Positions 1 through 16,928 of a stretch of DNA of 64,000 nt are shown one piece after another. Position numbers and translations under genes: made by a program. How positions within the stretch are numbered: position 1 is the first letter of the stretch; each line of letters opens with the position of its first letter. The stretch is from the human T2T-CHM13v2.0 reference genome, Homo sapiens: assembly GCF_009914755.1 (NCBI RefSeq), contig NC_060936.1. One strand, written 5' to 3'. The notes under the pieces were generated by a model that was not told the origin of the DNA, did not search any database, and saw nothing but the letters and a program-made list of their open reading frames with translations.

Positions 1-23
1 AACTTGCCACACTGTGCCTCGGT
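1..23 (-). CDS. KDM5A: KDM5A exon 20, first 23 nt (continues off window)
   Basis: Acceptor AG at 25-24; reads (AG)A CCG AGG CAC AGT GTG GCA AGT = RPRHSVAS, continuing exon 19 in frame. Confidence 0.9.
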
Positions 24-1040
24 CTAAAAGAACAATAAAAACAGAGTAGGATGCATGAGAAATCAACATTTAAGTAACATTTCAGAATGTTTAGAGAACT
101 TTCATTTACATGATTTCACTGAATTCTTACCACAATCCTATAAGGGAGGCAAAGCAGCTAGTATCTTTCTTTTCCATCTTACAGATAAGAAAACTTCACA
201 GATAAGAAAAGGTATAAACATAAGTTTATAATAAAATAAAATATAAATTTTTATGGATAAGAAAACTTTAACTCAAAGAAAAGTTATTTTCCCCGGTCAT
301 TTAGTGTAATAAAGGACACATCTGAAATACTGATTCAGAATGAGGGTCAGATCCATGATCCTTTCACTATACTAGACTGCCTCTACTCTACTTGTCTACA
401 GTACCTGAAATTGTCAGAGATGCACATTGGATAGCAATATAGAAAACAATAGACTAGAAATCCATTAATGTTGACAATGTACATTTAAACTACATTCATT
501 AACATTAGTTACACAAAGATGAATAAAGCATAGACCTTATCCTCAATGAATCACAATAGAAGATAAGAATTATGCTTCTACTGGGAACTAAAACCAAATT
601 ACTATAAACTCACTGTTATGGGAGGCAGTGATTAATTCTGCCCAGGAGAGTTGAGAAAGGCTTTGAAGTAGGCCTTATATTAGTATGATTCTGTCCAAAC
701 GAAAAGTTAAAGAAGTTAAAGAAACCAGGAATATAATGAACAAAGGCATGGAGAAACACTTGAAAAGCATTCATGGTTCAGTTTGCGATTAGGGGGTGAT
801 GTGGAGGGTTGGAGGCAGGGGCTGGGTGGAAAAAGAGTGGGGCAGGAAAAAGGAATCTGGCAGGAAGAAAGATGCAGAGTCTGAGAGCCATGGACTTCAT
901 CATGTAAAGCAATGGGAAGGTACTGAGGCTGAAATCGTTCATCATCCATGAATCCTACTACGTGTTAGGCACTGTTCTAGGTCCTGGAAATTGCTCATGA
1001 GCAAAAATGACAGTCCTTGCCTCATGAAACCTTTCATTTA

Positions 1041-1323
<283 letters not shown>

Positions 1324-2120
1324 TCACGAAACTTTTTAATCTTATGAAGATTATTCATAAGGAGTTTATGATGCTCTGTGGTAAGTGTAATGATAAATGA
1401 AAGTAAAAGTGCTATTGGAATACATACTAGGAGAACCTAATTGACTTGGCAGGGAAAGAAGACTTCCCAAAAGTGATGTCTAAGCTTTCCCATCCTTTCT
1501 GAACAAGACTTAATCTGGAAAGCTGGGGCCAGGGGCAGGGTAGGGTTGGTAGAGGTACACCACAGGAGATGGGCTGAAAATAAGAGTGCTCCACAGGAGA
1601 ATAAAATAAACATGCACAAAGATGCAGAGAAAGAACACAGATGTTTGAGGAACTGAGAGGAAAAATCACAATGTTTGGAACATAGAATACAAGAGGAAGA
1701 ATAGCAAGAGATAAGACTAGATATATAATTAAGCAAGAGGCTAGATGACAGATGGCCTTATAAATCAGGTTAGGGAATTTGGACTTCATCCTGAGGGCAA
1801 CAGAAAACTAGAGAAGGATTTAAGTAAGGGAGTGAAAGTTACACCTGTATTTTAACAAAGTACTAGTGGCAGTATAGAGAATGAATTAGAGAGGGGTAAG
1901 ACCAGACATTCTAGGCAAGCTTGTCTTGTCTAGGCAAGCTACGACAGCAGCCTGAGTGGAATGAGAGAAAAAGAAGGAATAATCCTACAAGCAGTCCAAG
2001 TGAAAAGATTCTTTTCAAAACAGCAGAGAGAATGATATATCCAAAGTACTAAGACAAAATAATTGTCAACCAGTAATTTTACACCTATCGCAAAAAAGTC
2101 CTTCAAGAATGAGGGTAAAA

Positions 2121-2412
2121 GGCTGGGCACAGTGGCTCATGCCTGTAATCCCAGCACTTTGGGAGGCGGAGGCAGGCAGATTGCTTGAGGTCAGGAGCTC
2201 AAGACAAGGCTGGCCAACATGGCGAAACCCCATCTCTGCAAAAAATAAAAAAATTAGCTGGGCATGGTGGCATGCACCTATAATCCCAGCTACTCGGAAG
2301 CCTGAGGCACGAGAATTGCTTGAGCCTTGGGCAGTGGACGTTGCCATGAGCCAAAATGGCACCATTGCACACCCCAGCCTGGGCAACAAAGCAAATCTCC
2401 ATCTCAAAAAAA
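2121..2412 (+). mobile_element. Alu
   Basis: ggctgggcacagtggctcatgcc...A tail. Confidence 0.92.
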
Positions 2413-4933
2413 GGCAGGGTGGGGTGAAAAAGAATGAGTATAACATAAATCCACATGCAGACTTAAAAAAAAAAAATGAAAGAAAGTGAGAAGCACTGGG
2501 GAAATATAATCAGCATGACTGAGTTTGAGGATAAAGAAGAAGGGAAGAGTCAAAGCTAACTACCAAAGTACCTGCTTGTTCAAATGAGTGAAAGATGGTA
2601 TAATTTAAAGAATAAAGAAACAAAGGAGGAGGCTATGAGAAGACATTAATGAGTCCAATTTTGGATACAGGGACTTTCAGGTATCTGTGGGACATCCGCC
2701 TGGAATCTAACAGGCGGATGATATTTATGAAAGAAATCTATATTATAAATGAAGATTTAGGAGTTACTCAGTATAAAGAAGGCAAACAGAGCCAAGAAAT
2801 TAAATGAAATTTCCAGAGAGACTGTACAGAGTGAGAAAAGAAAGGCATCTATGCCAGAATCTCAAGGAAAACCATTATTTTAGAGGTAGAGAGAAGGCCA
2901 AAGGCAAAGGAAGAATCTCAAGAAAATAATGGTAAGTAGTTAATAACCAATACTAAGAGATCAAGAAGATTAAGGCTGTGTTTCAGAAAGATAATTCTGA
3001 CAGAAGTTAGAAGAGTCTAACTCCCACTATTTCCACCAACCACATAATCCTCTATTTCTTTACCAGTTTTACTTTTTTCATGACACTAATTATTTGAAAT
3101 TCATTCATTTATTTCTCTCTCTCTCTCTACTAGAACGGTAGCTCCATGAAAGCAGAGATCTTTGAGTGTCTTGTTCACTACTGTCTACATAGCATTTAGA
3201 AATAGCACCTGGCATGTAGCAGGTTCTCCATCAATACTTACCAAACTCAAATAACAAGGTAAAATATAAGAGGACTACAACTAGGTCAGTGACAATGAAT
3301 TTGAAAGAGAGATATGAAAGACATGTTGGAGACAGAGTCATCAGAACCTGGTGACTGATTAAATATCAGAGACTGGGAAAACAAAGTTTTTAACTATTAT
3401 TACCACGAAATTTCATTTGGTGGCCTACTACCAGGTGCGCCACGTTTATCAAAATCATAGTTTTACATTCCAAAGTTATTTAGCTTTGTCCACTTAATAT
3501 GTTCCCACCTCCTGGAACTGTCATTCGTCTGAAGACACTGAGTAATATGAACAGTTCCAACAGGAAAAGCTATGAATAAATTTTAGTATGTATTCTGCAT
3601 GGCATCTGGATAGCAAAATATCCAGTGTACACAGAGGCTTCTCAGAGCTGTGCTAATTAAATCACCTAAATATTTTCTTACCAAAATGCATCCAAAGTAA
3701 GTGGCTGGCAAAGTAGTTAAGTACACAGAGGTATTGAAATGAAGTGGAAGATACTTTAAATTTCAGTTGTGTCACTCAGTAACTATGTGATCTCTCCAGG
3801 CACCCCAGTTTCCTCATCCTCACAATAGAAATTATATAAATATTAATCTTAGCTGCTAGAGAAATGCTTTCACAAGGACCACCGTTAATTATCAGCCAAA
3901 TTTGCTGACATACAGTCAGATATAAACACTTTATTTAAATCTCATTAAGTCCAATGGGGTGCTGATGCTAATACAGCCACTCAACATTCTCCTCCTGCCT
4001 GATTCTCATCTCCCAATACTTTTCGACATGAATCCTCCACTCCAGGGAAACCCACTTATTTTCTGTCACCTGAACACGCCCTAAATATTCCTTAAACTCA
4101 GTTTCTGAAATTTCTCTTACCTCCCTTCCACTTCAATCCTACTCATTCCTCAAGGCTCTACCTAAGTTCTTATTTTTCTCTGAAGCTTCTCTACTGACCA
4201 CCCAAGCTCACCATGATCTTCCCCCTCTGAATCCCTGTAATATTTTTCCTTACCTTTCGGTTAACATTAATAAGGTACTACAATGAGCTTTATACTTCTT
4301 ACTTCCTAACTATAGTATCACTAAGCATAGGCTCTAAACAAAATACTACTGTGTATAACATGAAGTACCTAACAAAGTACTCTGCACAATAGTTTGCACA
4401 TATTTGAAACGGTCTACATGTAGCCCCATTTGATAACTTAGCGACTGGCCAGGGAAGGCACAAAACATTTAATTAAATATTTAATGTCATCACAGAAAAC
4501 CAGTTGTCGGAGCCAGACCCAGGAGAACCCACTCTCCACTCTCTAGCAACGCTACCCCATGCGTGGGTCCAGACACAATGAGGTGCTCTGAGGGTTGAAG
4601 AAGGCATGGCCTGTGGGCATTCCTGCCCAGCAAGAAACTCTCCAGCTTGTCTGTACCCACTGCCACTGACCTGCACCTCTCCGGGAGCTGCACCTCTCCA
4701 GGAGCTGCCTGCCAAAGCAGGGAGAGAGGAGAATCTCCCGGTTTCCTTCAGGCCCTGGATCATCAGGAAATACCTTTCCCACCTACACAACTTAACTAAT
4801 GCTACTTATACATTAAAATCCTAAACGCAAAAAAAAAAAAAGTCATTTAATGAAATAAGCTTTTAAGTTCCTTCTTCCCACTCTACCTTCTGACTTAGTT
4901 GTTAAAGAGGCAACTGTCACCAAAATGTGTTCA

Positions 4934-5299
<366 letters not shown>

Positions 5300-5469
5300 T
5301 CAAAAGAAATAAAAATCAGAAAAACAAATTTAAAACATACAAAAGAGTATGAAATAGACATAGTCAAGGCAAACTATCAATTCTAGACTCTTATAATCTC
5401 ACCATCATAACACCAAATATTCAGATATGACAGTTAAATTAATAAATATGCTTTTGTGTAATTACTTCT

Positions 5470-7040
5470 AGCTATTCTCCTACTTTTAAAATATAGTTGA
5501 TTCATTCAATAAATATTTAATGACTGCTGACTTAGATGCAGGCACTTTTCTAGGCACACAGTATTAAAGAAGACATAAAATAGTCCTTGTCTTCAGAGAA
5601 CATACATTCTAATGCAGATGACCAGACAGTGAACATAGGAATAAAATGTTTCAGTTAGTGTCAAGCGCTCTGAAAATAAAATAGGGCAGCACAACAGAGA
5701 ATGACCAGAGTGGGGAAGGGCATATTACTTAGTAATGTCATTGGTAGTCACAGAAGACAAACTGAAACTAAATTGAGGGTTGGGGAGGAACTACAAGAGG
5801 ATCTGAAGGAAGAACGGTTCGGGCAGGGCAAATAATAATTGCAAACGCTTTTAAAGAAGAATGAGCTTGGTGTGTTGCTACAAGTGGATGATGATGGAGA
5901 AATGTTGTTAAAAAATAAGCAGAGGTCAGACTACACAGTATCTTCTAGGTTACAATGAGTTTGAATTTCATTCAAATGGCTTTGGGGAACCACTGGAGAA
6001 TTTTTACCATAGGGAAGTGATGTGATTTGATTTAAAATTTAGATTATCATTCTGGCTACCAAACAAAAAATAAAATGTCAGACGAGCAAAAGAAGGGAAA
6101 GCAGCTGAAAGGCTGTTGGGAGTAATCCAAGGGGCACATTCCAGTGGTGTAGAGCATAGTTTAGGCAACGGAGAGGACAATAAACGGTTTGCTTTGGGAT
6201 ATATTTTGGAGGTAATAGCAGCCAGCACTTGTTTAAATATTGAACACGGGGTATAAGGGAAATAAAGAAATCAAGGAGTTTGATTCACTTGGTTCATTAA
6301 AAGGCGTGGTGGCTCATGTCTGTAATTCCAGCACTTTGGGAGGCCAAAGCAAGTGGATCGCTTGAGCTCAGGAGTTTTGAGACCAGCCTGGGCAAAATGG
6401 CAAAAACTCGTCTCTACAAAACATACAAAAATTAGCCAGGCGTGGTGGTGTGCACCTATAGTGCACCAGCAACTTGGGAGGCTGAGGTGGGAGGATTGCT
6501 TGAGACTGGGAAGCAGAAGTTACAGTGAGCCGAGACCATACCACTGTACTGCAGCCTGGATGACAGAGCCAGACGCTGTCTCAAAAAGAAAAGAAAAGAA
6601 AAGAAAAAAAGCCTTTAAGATGCCTTTTAGTCCACCAAATGGAAATCCAGAGTATGCAGCTGGACATACAAGTCTGCAGGGAAAAAAGGCATCCAGGGCT
6701 GGAGATGTGGGATTGAATCAACAGGATATAGGTGATATTTAATGTCACTGGGCAAATAAGGTATCAGAAGTGGGGGCACCTGAAGAAAGGGCCGAGACTC
6801 CTAATATACTCCAACACTTAGAAGTCAAGTCGAAGAGAAAACAAGCAGCAAGGAAGACGTAAGAGAAGAAGAACTGCCAATGAGCTAAGAAAAAACCCAG
6901 AAAGTGTGGTGTCACAGGGGCTTAAAGAACAGCATTCAAGAAAGAGTAGTCAACTATCAAAATGCTCTTATGAAATGGAGTAAGACAAGAACACAACTGA
7001 CCATAGATTCTACAAGTTGATAACCTTGATAAAAACTATT
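5470..7040. mobile_element. Degenerate L2 element interrupted by an Alu
   Basis: attcattcaataaatatttaatga (L2 3' terminus) followed by purine-rich L2-like body. Confidence 0.6.
6303..6610 (+). mobile_element. Alu (J-like)
   Basis: Alu dimer lacking first bases; (AAAAG)n tail. Confidence 0.9.
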
Positions 7041-7043
7041 TTA

Positions 7044-7376
<333 letters not shown>

Positions 7377-7739
7377 TCAAACACAAAAACACCCCAAACT
7401 ATCAAAAGATCATTAACTATGGAGATTAATATATTTGATACATACTTTTAAGATTTTACATATTCATTAAGCGATCATTAAGCTTTTTAAAAGCTCACGT
7501 ATTATTAACACTGATACATGCAGATTATTTTAACTAACTTCTTGCATTTCAATTACATCTATGTTAAATGGGGGTTCTGAACTAAAATTAATATAGAAAA
7601 AAATAATTTCATACCAGCCTTAGTTACAGAATTTTAAATGGGGAATAATGGCTAAGAACAAAACCAAAAAACTGCCTACTAAAGAACCTCAAATAGCAGC
7701 ATATATGTGAGAGAAAAAAAAAATCAGAGCAAAAAACTA

Positions 7740-7976
<237 letters not shown>

Positions 7977-9244
7977 TCAGTCATTCTGATATCAAAAGGG
8001 CTCCTAGTCTCTTCAGAATTCAAACCTAAGCAATCCTAGAATCCCAGTGTTTGAAGGATAACACCACAATGGTGACCACTTCAAAACAGTTGAGTTATTC
8101 AGTTAATGACTCAAAGATTCAACTCTCCAAGTTACAGTTCCTTCGATCTACAAGTATTAAACATTTCAAACATTACATAAATTCCTCATAGTTGGAATAT
8201 TAAGTTCATTGATAAAACTTAATCCTGTATCTCAAGAAGGTTAAAATGTGAAAGAGCCTTTAACCTGCCTTAGGTGACAATGAACCCTCTGAAAGTGCTT
8301 CAAAATTTTGTGTGCACATGATTTTTCTAAGAGGGTTCCTAAACTTTTACTAGTTTCTCCAAGTGGGGTCACTGACCCAATGACAAGTTAAGAGCTGCTG
8401 ATCAATGTCTCTAAGAAAAGTTATCTAACAAAATGGTAAATAAAAAATTTACAAAGTAATTTAAAAACCCAATGTGAACTGCTAGAGAAAAGCCATTCAG
8501 ACAGAAGAAATGTGTTGGAATTACTACAACACATTTAAATACCACAGAAAATTTAATACTTATGAATTCTATTATATCAAGGGTCCTCTGCATCCATCAA
8601 GGTTACCCTTTGCTGCCACCTGCCTTCAGCCTAGAGTTTCTATTTGTTCATTTACAAATATTTATTGCACAACTGTGTGCCAGGCATTGTTCTAAGCACA
8701 AGAAATATGGCAATGAAAAAAAAATCCCTGATATTCTAGTCTTGTGTACATTCTAGTAGGGGATGGGGGAGAAAAGACAGATAATTAATAAAATAAGTAG
8801 ATTAGTGTATCAGAAGGTGATAAAGCTAGGAGAAAAACAAAGCATCAAAGAAGGGTAAGAGGACTGCAATTTTATAAAGGCTTGTCAGAAAAGCCCTTGC
8901 CAACAAAGTGACATTTGAAAACAAAGGCTTCAAAGAGGTAGGTAAGGGAACAAGCCACCTGGATACGGTGGGAAGAGAACTCCAAGCAGAGTAAAGAGAG
9001 CATGAAGTCCTAAGCAAAAATGTGCCTGCTATGTATGAAGAACAGCAAGAGAAAGAACACTGCAGGCTGGAGCAAGAAAGAAGGGAGAATAGTAGGAGAT
9101 AAAACTGGAGCATTACTGGGGAAGCAAGAGACATGGCAACAAGAGGTCAAAGATAATGTACGGCTTCACAGGCCGGATAAAATTTTGGTTTTTACTCTGA
9201 AAGAAACAGGAAAACACTGGAGAATTAAACTCTTCTTAGGTTTA

Positions 9245-9406
<162 letters not shown>

Positions 9407-9908
9407 TTAAATAAAGAGCCATATACAATAACCATAGACACAAAAAGCCATTCTAAAATCTTCACCAACCTCACTCAAGTGAGTCCCCAACCTACTTGTA
9501 GAAATATAATAATTAGTAGAAACAAACAGCTGTGAAAATCTCACCAACACAATAAAAGCTAACAACCAGGTGCTCATTTATAATCCCTATAGACAGTTTC
9601 TCTCAGGTAAATAAATTTCTCTTTCCAAAGAAGCCTTCAGTGTCAGTCTTACTGGTAATAGTGGGTTCCCAACATACATAATAAATTTACTGCAAGTCAG
9701 ATGTCCGGCCCATTTTATGTCAGCTTTTTCATTTCAAACAAGATTCTCAAATAGAAAATTAAGTCTATATTCAATCAACCCATTAATCTCAAATCTCATA
9801 GGAAGCCTAGGATTTTTCTTTTACGGAAGGAAAAAACATAAAACTAAAACAAAGCCTCTTTTAAAGTGACAATCAATTCAGTATATGCATACAAAAGAAG
9901 GAAATTTA

Positions 9909-10208
<300 letters not shown>

Positions 10209-10388
10209 TTAATTCAGGGAGACAAGGAACATGTGAAATCAACTGATAAACTAATTTCAGCTGCCAGGTTTAGGGCCAACTTTAAGGGACTGGTCTTCAA
10301 GCCTAGAAGTAGACAGTGAAGTTTAGAAGTCCAGAGTAAAGGAGTAAAGTAAGGGAATAAGTAAAAATAACATTAAAACTTGGTTTTA

Positions 10389-10622
<234 letters not shown>

Positions 10623-10853
10623 TTATTTCACTAGATCAAGTCTTTCTAGTCTTTAAAGCATCAAAAAACTTAAGTTACTACATTTTTTTCTATAGACAAA
10701 TCTCTGACTTAAAGGTATAAACATGAAAGGTACAATGGCACAACATCAAAATACTTCCTAAAAGTAATCATTGCTAAATTTTTTTCAATGGGCAAGATTA
10801 AAGTTTGGTATCTAAGGATGCACATTTGAGTGACAAAACTATAAAGAAACATG

Positions 10854-11135
10854 GGCTGGGTGCAGTGGCTCATGGCTATCATCCCAGCACTTTAGGAAGC
10901 TGAGGCGGAAGGATTGTTTGAAGCCAGGGATTTGAGACCAGCCGGGGCAACAAAGTGAGCATCCCTACAAAAAAATTTTTAAACATTACCCAGGCATGGT
11001 GGTGCATGCCTGTAGTCCCAGCTACTCAGGAGGCTAAGGAGGGAAGATCATTTGAGGCCAGGCTGTAGTAAGCTATGATAGTACTGCTGCACTCCAACCC
11101 CAGCCGACATAGCAAGACCCTGTCTCTAAAAAAAA
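10854..11135 (+). mobile_element. Alu (J-like)
   Basis: Diverged dimer with A tail. Confidence 0.88.
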
Positions 11136-11419
11136 AGAATGCGATTACCACAAAAGTCAAGACAGTTTTTTGAGAGAAGGGAAGAAAATTGTAATTGGGA
11201 GGCATTTTGGGGGTGGCCGGCTATACACCAAAAGTTCCTCCCAATTACATCCTTGAGCAAAATAAATCAGTAATCTATTATCCAAAAGTAACACTGACAT
11301 ATACAAACATATGTAAGGACAAAGAAGTATAAAGTAAATTGTGCAAATTAAAATATAATATCAGCATGACATCAAAAAGAAAGTTAAGACAAATTCAGTA
11401 TGCCAAGAACGTAAGAGCA

Positions 11420-11763
<344 letters not shown>

Positions 11764-12229
11764 TTATTATATAACTTTACAGTTTCTGCTTACTTGATTG
11801 AGCAAGTTACTTGTAAACCCAATTCTGCAATAAGAGCAAACTCTCTTCATGTAAACAAGGTGGGAACCTGATAATTTATTCACTGGCAGGCACAATTCTG
11901 GTCTTTCATCATACACTGTTTTTGATATCAGTTTAATCTAGATGTCTGCTGGCCATATTCTCTTATCTTTCCATTTTCTTATACTGGCATTTAGTATTTT
12001 CTTTAAAAATTATTTTAACGTAAAAACAGTTTCAAAATGCATTGCACGTATTTCTTAGTTTATAAGAATTTACTCAGCTTCAGAACAACTGGCAAAGCTG
12101 TTCTCAAGGGAATGCTCATGTGGCAACTGAGACACTTCTGGCTGCTTCAAGAAATTTTATACCATTTCCCAAAGTGTACTCCAAGGATCGGATCCTAAAA
12201 GACACTCTGGAAAAAATATATTTTTTTTG

Positions 12230-12868
<639 letters not shown>

Positions 12869-13408
12869 TCAAGATCACGCTAAGTTTTTACACGATGGTC
12901 CCGGCGCTTACTAAGATGAGGCAATTAGGAAAGAAAAGTGGTTTGTGAAGGGTGGAGAGGAAGGAGATTTTCTATTTCAGATGCTGAAACTGAGATGATA
13001 AAAATCTAAATAGAAATGTGCAATACACATGTTGGAAACACAGATTACAAATGAGTGGCTGGACACAGCCTCTTTCACAGTGATAGTAATTCCTGTGTGT
13101 AATGTAATAGGAGGAAACTATAAGAAGTGAGAACTGAAACCACAAGGTAATAGCTGAAAGACTTAAGACCCTTAGATGAGAATTCCAAGATAAACAGCAC
13201 AAAATAACAACAATAAACAGTCAAAGGCTGAACCCTGCACCCATTGTTGGGGATATAAGGAGAAAGAACTAGAAATGATGGCCAAATACAATCAAAGAGA
13301 CTAAAAAAACAGTAGAGCAAATGTTAGGTAAAGAAACAACAGCAGCAATATATAGTGCAATAAAGAGGTCATGGGGATAGAAGACACAGAAAGAAACCAC
13401 TGGATTTT

Positions 13409-13720
13409 GGCCGGGCACGGCGGCTCACGCCTGTAATCCCAGCACTTTGGGAGGCCGAGGTGGACGGATCACGAGGTCAGGAGATCGAGACCATCCTGGC
13501 TAACAAGGCAAAACCCCATCTCTACTAAAAATACAAAAAATTAGCCGGGCGTGGTGGCAGGCGCCTGTAGTCCCAGCTACTCGGGAGGCTGAGGTAGGTA
13601 GGAGAATGGCGTGGACCCGCAGGGCGGAGCTTGCAGTGAGCCAAGATCGCGCCACTGCACTCCAGCCTGGGTGACAGAGCTAGACTCTGTCTCAAAAAAA
13701 AAAAAAAAAAAAAAAAAAAG
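13409..13720 (+). mobile_element. AluY
   Basis: gagatcgagaccatcctggctaac, gaatggcgtg; TSD aaagaaaccaYtggatttt. Confidence 0.93.
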
Positions 13721-14255
13721 AAAAGAAACCATTGGATTTTGAAATACAGTGTGTCACTGGTGAACTTTGAGACTTTCAAAAGTATGATGGGAACAGAATG
13801 ACAATGATAATGAAGGGATAAAGAGGACATGAGACTGCTGACCACGGGAAAACCACTGAAGATTCTTAGTAAAGGTAAAATGAAAACTTTTCTTAAAATA
13901 GGAAAGACAAGTTCATAATGCAAAGAAAGGGCAGGGATAAGTAACTGGAACAAGGGCATAGGTGGAAGGTATGTTTAAAGAAGGGTCTATAGAGAAATTT
14001 GATCAAAGTAGCACAAAGAAACATGGTAGAGGATCAGGAGATGGGACATTCAAATTATCAAAGCACAAGGGAAATAATGTCCCATTCAGGTTAAATCTGA
14101 AATACTGAGGACATATCACAAAATCGTATTTCATGAGTCTCCACCAATGTACTTAAAATTTCAAAATTCAAAAGAAAGACTCTAGGCAATGAGAAAAAGA
14201 ATCCCATTTTAAATAAATATATAATCAAAATAAGAATTTTAAGAATACAAGTATA

Positions 14256-14849
<594 letters not shown>

Positions 14850-15662
14850 GTGGTACAGAGCAAGAAGGAAGGACCATATAAGGGCATGAAAAAACTTTTA
14901 GGGGTGATAGATATATTCATTATCTTGACTGCAGCAATGGTTTCATGGGTATATACAGAGTCAAAACTTATCAAATTGTACACATTAAACACATGTAGTT
15001 TATTACACATCAATTATGCTTCAACAAAGCTGTTTTAAAAACAGAGCAGAATATCAGGCAGAGAGGGAGGAGGGACATGATACAAAAACAGGAGGAAGCA
15101 CGGTGTAAACCTAATGAAGCTAGCTAGCTATGTAGGAAATATTAGAACAGGCCAAGATGATGCTGAAGATACACATTTTCTCATATATTACCCAGTTCAA
15201 TGTGATGATGCTTAGCTTATTCTAAGTATTCTAAATCCCAGCCTTGGGGTTAGTCCATCCTTCCTATTCATCAAATTACTTAAAGGGGAGGGAAAAAGAT
15301 TAATTCAAACTGACAGTCTGTAATTTCCAGAAACATAACTTATTCAACAGAAAGCTCAGAAAAAAAAAATGATTTAAATTTTCTTGTTTAAACAATACTG
15401 TATGTAGAAGATTTAAAATGTAAATATATACCTAAGAAATTCTGATAGGACTTGTTTTAAAAACCTAGAGATGACAAGATTCCTAAAACGTTTTTAATCT
15501 GGAGAAATCAATATGTCAATTATAAAAATATAAAATCTTCTCCAAATCAGTGATCTTTATGCTCAACTCCTAGGGGATAAGGGATGAAAATTCTACCTAT
15601 AGGTTTATTTAGCATATCCCATAAGCAGTATCAAACATAGAAAATGTGCTCAGCAAACTCAC

Positions 15663-15857
15663 CATCTGTACAACAGACTCTCTTAATCGTGTTTCTTCTT
15701 CAGTCATGAGAGTCAATTCTTTGCAGACCATGGCAGCCAGCCCCACATCTAAGCATTCTGGATCTGCTGCCATCTTGAAAATTAGTTCCTCGTGTGAAAA
15801 GACACAGTGGCGCCTTAGGCGTCGGTAATGATTTACACATTGACGTCCAATGGGCAA
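15663..15857 (-). CDS. KDM5A: KDM5A exon 14 (195 nt)
   Basis: [34 protein letters not shown]...RESVVQM; AG 15859-15858, GTGAGT at 15662. Confidence 0.97.
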
Positions 15858-16880
15858 CTGAAAATGAGATTTCCAAATTAAATAACTCGCTTATAACATA
15901 TCCCAGCACAGAACCACTACTTACCCTCCAGGTCCTCCCTTTTATTAGAAAGAAGACAGAATACCAAATCCATTTAAATATAAAGAGGCAATATTCTATT
16001 AACTGTAAATATTAACCCTGTAAGACCCAGCCAGAGTTTCAAAGGCTTTCCCACAGAAAATTCCCATAATCTGAGATGCTAAATTTCTGGCCTAAACTGC
16101 TAATTTTCTATTTATTGTATATCAAGAAGGAGTTCTTTGGTATATAACTGAGGCAGCAAACTCTTTTAGACCAGTTTAACATGAGCCTGCCCTTACAAGA
16201 AAAAGAAAAATATTGTAAAAATAAATAATTAAATAAGTTCAGGCCAAAAAGGGTTAAGTGGAAGTATTCAGCACTCAAATTTCCATAGAACAAAAAGAAC
16301 AGATGTTATTAGAAGAAAAAAAAAAGAAAAAAATAGGAAAGGGGAAAAAGTAATACTTAAGCAATCCACATTGGCTGACATTTAGTTTTTTTTGCAAAAA
16401 CCAAAACAAAGGACAATTTAGATTTTAGCATCTAGAAATTATTTTAAAAACAAGTCTGGCAGAAAGATAATTCAAAGTGAAATTATAAAATTATATACTT
16501 TATTTCCCTAACAGTGAAATAAATAACTGATCACTTTTCATAAATGAACAGTTACAGTCTTTAAAATAAATTTTGAAAATTTCCATAATTATCAAGCTAC
16601 AAACCAAATTACAACAATAGCTATGCCCTACACGTATATACGCACTCCAACTTCAACTTCTTTCCTATGCTCAGGCAGAAGAACTTGGATAAAGGAGTTT
16701 TGTTTGGATTTGTAATATAAAAGAGAAAAAATAAGAAAATGGACCTTTAAGAGCCTTTTAGAATTCATCTACAGTTTGAGAAAGGCAGAAAGGAATCAGA
16801 GAAAGCAAAGAAAATTTGAGGCTATCTCTGAATTATGCAGTGTTTCCATACTCTTCAAAGAAAAAACTTTCCAAAGGAAA

Positions 16881-16882
<2 letters not shown>

Positions 16883-16928
<46 letters not shown>
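16883..16928. repeat. (GT)16(AT)7 compound microsatellite
   Basis: Read directly. Confidence 0.95.

Noticed and set aside
181-210. Short tandem duplications (also near 41262 and 46009)
   Set aside because: Ordinary slippage products of 11-17 bp with no functional indication.
16745-16775. Weak resemblance to the U7 snRNA Sm site (cttttagaatt)
   Set aside because: Only about 11 nt match and no 3' hairpin follows.
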